64,000 nucleotides of DNA, taken from contig CM035353.1 of assembly GCA_020137815.1 (NCBI GenBank), positions 7,564,001 to 7,628,000 of the forward strand, in the 5' to 3' direction. The notes beneath the pieces are model-generated. The model was not told the origin of the DNA. It saw nothing but the letters and a program-made list of their open reading frames with translations, and ran no database searches. Of the stretch, positions 60,701 to 64,000 are shown one piece after another. A program made the position numbers and the translations under genes. The stretch comes from Hormiphora californensis (lineage: Eukaryota > Animalia > Ctenophora). Every line of letters starts with the position of its first letter. Position 1 is the stretch's first letter.

Positions 60701-61947
60701 CCATCAAAGCGATAGAAAATGAGGAGTCTCAAGCCCAACTCCAGAAGGATCTGAATGAAGAGGAAGATGTCAAAAGCAAACAATATGAGCTTGAACGAAG
60801 AAAAATTCGAAGTTGTGCACTACACTTAACAAACTCTCTTGCTCAGACAGCTCCCTTCACCTCGGGTTCTGGACACCTACTATACCCCCGATGATCTGAG
60901 ATTGAACCAAAACCTTGTACGGGACCTCGGGGTTCAATTAGCAAATGATCTATCCTGGGACCTTCACATCGGAAAGATGCTGCAGACGCCCGAGATGAGT
61001 GGATGGGTTTCTACGTGCTTTCAAAACAAGACAGCCGAAACGCTGCTCATCCTCTACAAAAGCCTTGTGCGAAGCAAGCTGGATATTGCTGCCCGCTCTG
61101 GGACTCACCTAAGATCTCGGACATCATGAGCGTTGAAGCAGTACAGAGGAAGTTTACCAAACGTATCCTTGGGATAGCGACCTGAGCTATTGGGATCCCT
61201 AAAGAAGTTGAACTTACAGTCAATGCAGCGACGTCGGGAACGCTACTCCATCATTATGATCATCTACATCACGGAGTGCCGGCTTCCAACGGCAAGCCCA
61301 CAGGGGACTACCGCAAAGCGAATCGCCGCACTAGGAGAATAGCCCCCCTCCCCTCCCCCACCACAGGAACTGCCCACAGGACAGGTTCCATTATAGGTGG
61401 CTTCGGGTTCGGGAGGATAAACTCCTTCGAGAGTCGCAAGATATTGATTCTTCTTCCCTATGAGCTTGATCTTTGGCTCTCTATCCCTGCGACAGGTGGG
61501 GATGAGTTAACTAATCTTCTCGTCTTGAGTTTATTTGCTTTCTCGATTAGCTGAGGGCTACCGTGTGTGATATATTATCGTTTTGCACATTGGTGTGAAG
61601 TTCTACAATAATGCTCGACTTGGAAAGAAAGTTGAGGTTCCAACGTCCCCCACCACCACACAAGTTTCTGTTCAACGAAGTACCACAACTCGTTCGCCTG
61701 CAGAGCGGCCAGACTTTGGAACACCCTACCATGTACGTGAATACGGCGAAGACCTAGCCTCATCAAGTCCTTCTTGGTAATGCTGAAGAGATTCCCAACC
61801 GACCCCCGTGACTGGATACACTCGACAGAACAACAATTCGATACTTGACTGGGAAGGAATAGCTTCCAGGGAGGGGGAGGCTCTGTGAGGAGCTGACACC
61901 TGTGCAGTATTTGCACAAAGAGGACTACAAGACTACAAGACTACAAA
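57800..61947 (+). mobile_element. Near-full-length, frameshifted CR1-group LINE (ORF1 zinc fingers, APE endonuclease, RT)
   Basis: ORF1 CRYFRRGICRHG and further Cys/His clusters. APE motifs ITETWL, GGGCLLYV, YRPP, GDFNLP, PTRGSNILD, SDH. RT motifs PIFKKGDRTKAANYRPVSLTS, YIDYAKAF, GVPAGTVLGPPLF, ADDTK. Tail (gactacaa)3. The 5' boundary is approximate. Confidence 0.9.
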
Positions 61948-61959
61948 AGCACCCTTATG

Positions 61960-62410
61960 CACCCTTATGATACCTCCTCGGTATCAGATGACATGAAACA
62001 GAAGATGGTTGAGAACTGAGAAGATGATGGGCTTTAGTGTGGAGGAGAGGGATACGGCAAACCTGTTTATCCTAAAGTCCCAAAAGAGATTACAAGTGAT
62101 CTCAGTTGCTTCATTGGCCCTGGGAGTCTCGAGTTTTTCACCTTGGCGAGACTGGGAACCTCATTCCTTGAGAAGCCTGTGAATGAGTGGGAGCTTGACT
62201 CGAGCTACTTCGAGGCTAAGAAAATGGCTGTCAACTTAGCAGTAGTGAACGATGCTGCGGAAAGGGGCGTGAAACTTGTTGCCGACTTTAAGGACACTGG
62301 AAAAGAAGGAGGACAACCTCCAGGCCATCCTCCAAACTGTAAAGACAAAGGCCAGGGTTCCTGATCGACGAAACCAGAAACAGGAACCAACAAGATGGTA
62401 CCTGATGTAG
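61960..62410 (+). pseudogene. hATm-type transposase C-terminal fragment
   Basis: FL..PV.EW..DSSY.EAKK.AVNLAVVNDAAERGVKL..DF. Confidence 0.6.
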
Positions 62411-62569
62411 AATTAGCATTTGTTTGGTGTGTGTGTGTGTGTATATGTGTTAATCTATCGATAGCTATCTACTTAACTTTTTACTACGACGTTGTTTCAA
62501 TTTATATCACCTATTTTTCCTTGTGCATGGTCAAAAATATCGTTTTTTGTCAATAATTCGTAAACGGTT

Positions 62570-63190
62570 GACTTTAGGCTATATGTTTCTCCATATGGAG
62601 CACTGGAAACACCTGCTTTAATAGCTGCGATTGAAGAAGTTGAAAGAGCGGGCCTGGAAATTGATGGTATAGTATCTGATAGATGTGCTACTTTTGCAGA
62701 GTAGATGGCCAAGATGCGAAGTTTGATTGAACATCACTTTGACAATTGGCACCTGATAAAGAATATCAAGGGGAAGCTTACACCTAAAGGGCTCCAGAAA
62801 TGGACAAAATCTATTGATGATGGCCATATTTGGCATTGCCTCAAAACATGTGGAAATGATGAAGAGAAGCTGCTGAACATGTTACACAGTTATTATATTT
62901 ATAATTTACTCCACCTTCTCAACATCCACGACTTAAAAACAAAGATAGCACAGAAGATGTGGGAGAAGATATGTGCGATGAAAGTTGGTAACACTAAAAA
63001 TATCAAGACCTACGGAGCGCTGTATCCCAATGTAAACCCTCTAAGTATGGGTAAATGTTACCATTCGAAGTTTACCAGGAGGCAAAAGAGGAAAAAGTGC
63101 AAGAGTTTTTTCCACACGGGTCGACTGGAGTATTTTCACAGTTCGAAGCTCCTTCTCCTTCCAAATCACTATCAGAACGAGACGATGGAG
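62570..63190 (+). pseudogene. Kolobok-like DDE transposase fragment
   Basis: LE...L...GLEIDGIVSDR, HHFDNWHLIKNIKGKL, KWTKSI..HIWH...C and HTGRLEYFHS, with an in-frame stop and deletions. Superfamily assignment is from memory of motifs. Confidence 0.55.
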
Positions 63191-64000
63191 GTGTATACGG
63201 ACATATATTTATTTAGGAGTCTATATATAATTTAGTTTGTAATTGAGTGTCACATAAACTTAGTTTAGGTAACAGATTAAACTGCTAACTAATGATAAAA
63301 TAATACAGCCCCGATAAAAGAGATTAAAACACTAATAAAATGTGATAGTTTAAAAAAGGTAAAAGAAAGATGCTTTAACCAATATAACTCCCTCTTCGGC
63401 CTCTACAGGAGGGGAGAGGGGACGAAACAATTTGATGTCAGGTAGATATTACTTATTATTTCGTTCTTTCGAGTTTGAGTAGGGGATTCGTGATCGGGTG
63501 TTGTGAGCCTGGCAACACCCACATTTAGTGGGAGTTGCACGCCTCATATTTCTGTCTGGGCATATGGTGTATCGCGGCGTGGCAATCCCCCACTTTTTTC
63601 TCCCTTTCTACGTAGCGAGCGGAGATTGCCACACTGCGATGCATTCTGGGCGCCGAGCGTTCGGGCCGCTCGGCTCGGCTCGCCAGGGGAGATATCAGGG
63701 ACAGACTGGGAAGAAGAACCGACAACCAGCGTCAGCCCCGGGAGAGAGATAGCCGTCCCCGGAACCCAGCGCGGACCATCAACTTTGCCAGCCTGACCAC
63801 GCAGGAGGCCGTCATAAGGGCCTGGGACGAGAGAGTGGGGTCATTAGATCCTGAAGGAGTATTCCCCCCTCAGGCATTCGCCGCCCACCACGGAGGCGCT
63901 GGCCCGAATCCGGAGAGCCAGAGGAGAGTCCGCCGAGGTGCGAGCGACTGCATATGCAAACAGCTGTGCAGATGTGATAGGAGTATGGAAAGAGGTCAGG

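Overview
AT-rich, intron-containing, repeat-dense animal genomic DNA. It is probably a ctenophore (Pleurobrachia-like); this is inferred from a recalled repeat family, not from a search. The left ~41 kb holds three spliced genes I could reconstruct with consistent exon phases: a 7-exon class A GPCR (21471-24515), a Gly/Pro-rich protein with four RanBP2-type zinc fingers (24812-29355; its Gly-rich frame is absent from the ORF track) and inositol polyphosphate 1-phosphatase INPP1 (37986-41209). It also holds a divergent, frameshifted 7TM gene (4449-5958), many MITEs (some nested, with readable TSDs), short perfect palindromes, minisatellites and a 3.75-kb array of a 34-bp satellite. The right ~22 kb has no recognisable host gene. 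It is a mosaic of decayed fragments from several unrelated transposon groups (Chapaev/Transib-like, hAT, hATm, Kolobok-like, CR1-group LINE), all recognisable ones on the + strand, with short modules reused at several positions. It includes a TIR element with an 8-bp TSD that carries two tRNA-like cassettes. There is no CRISPR array or prokaryotic system.
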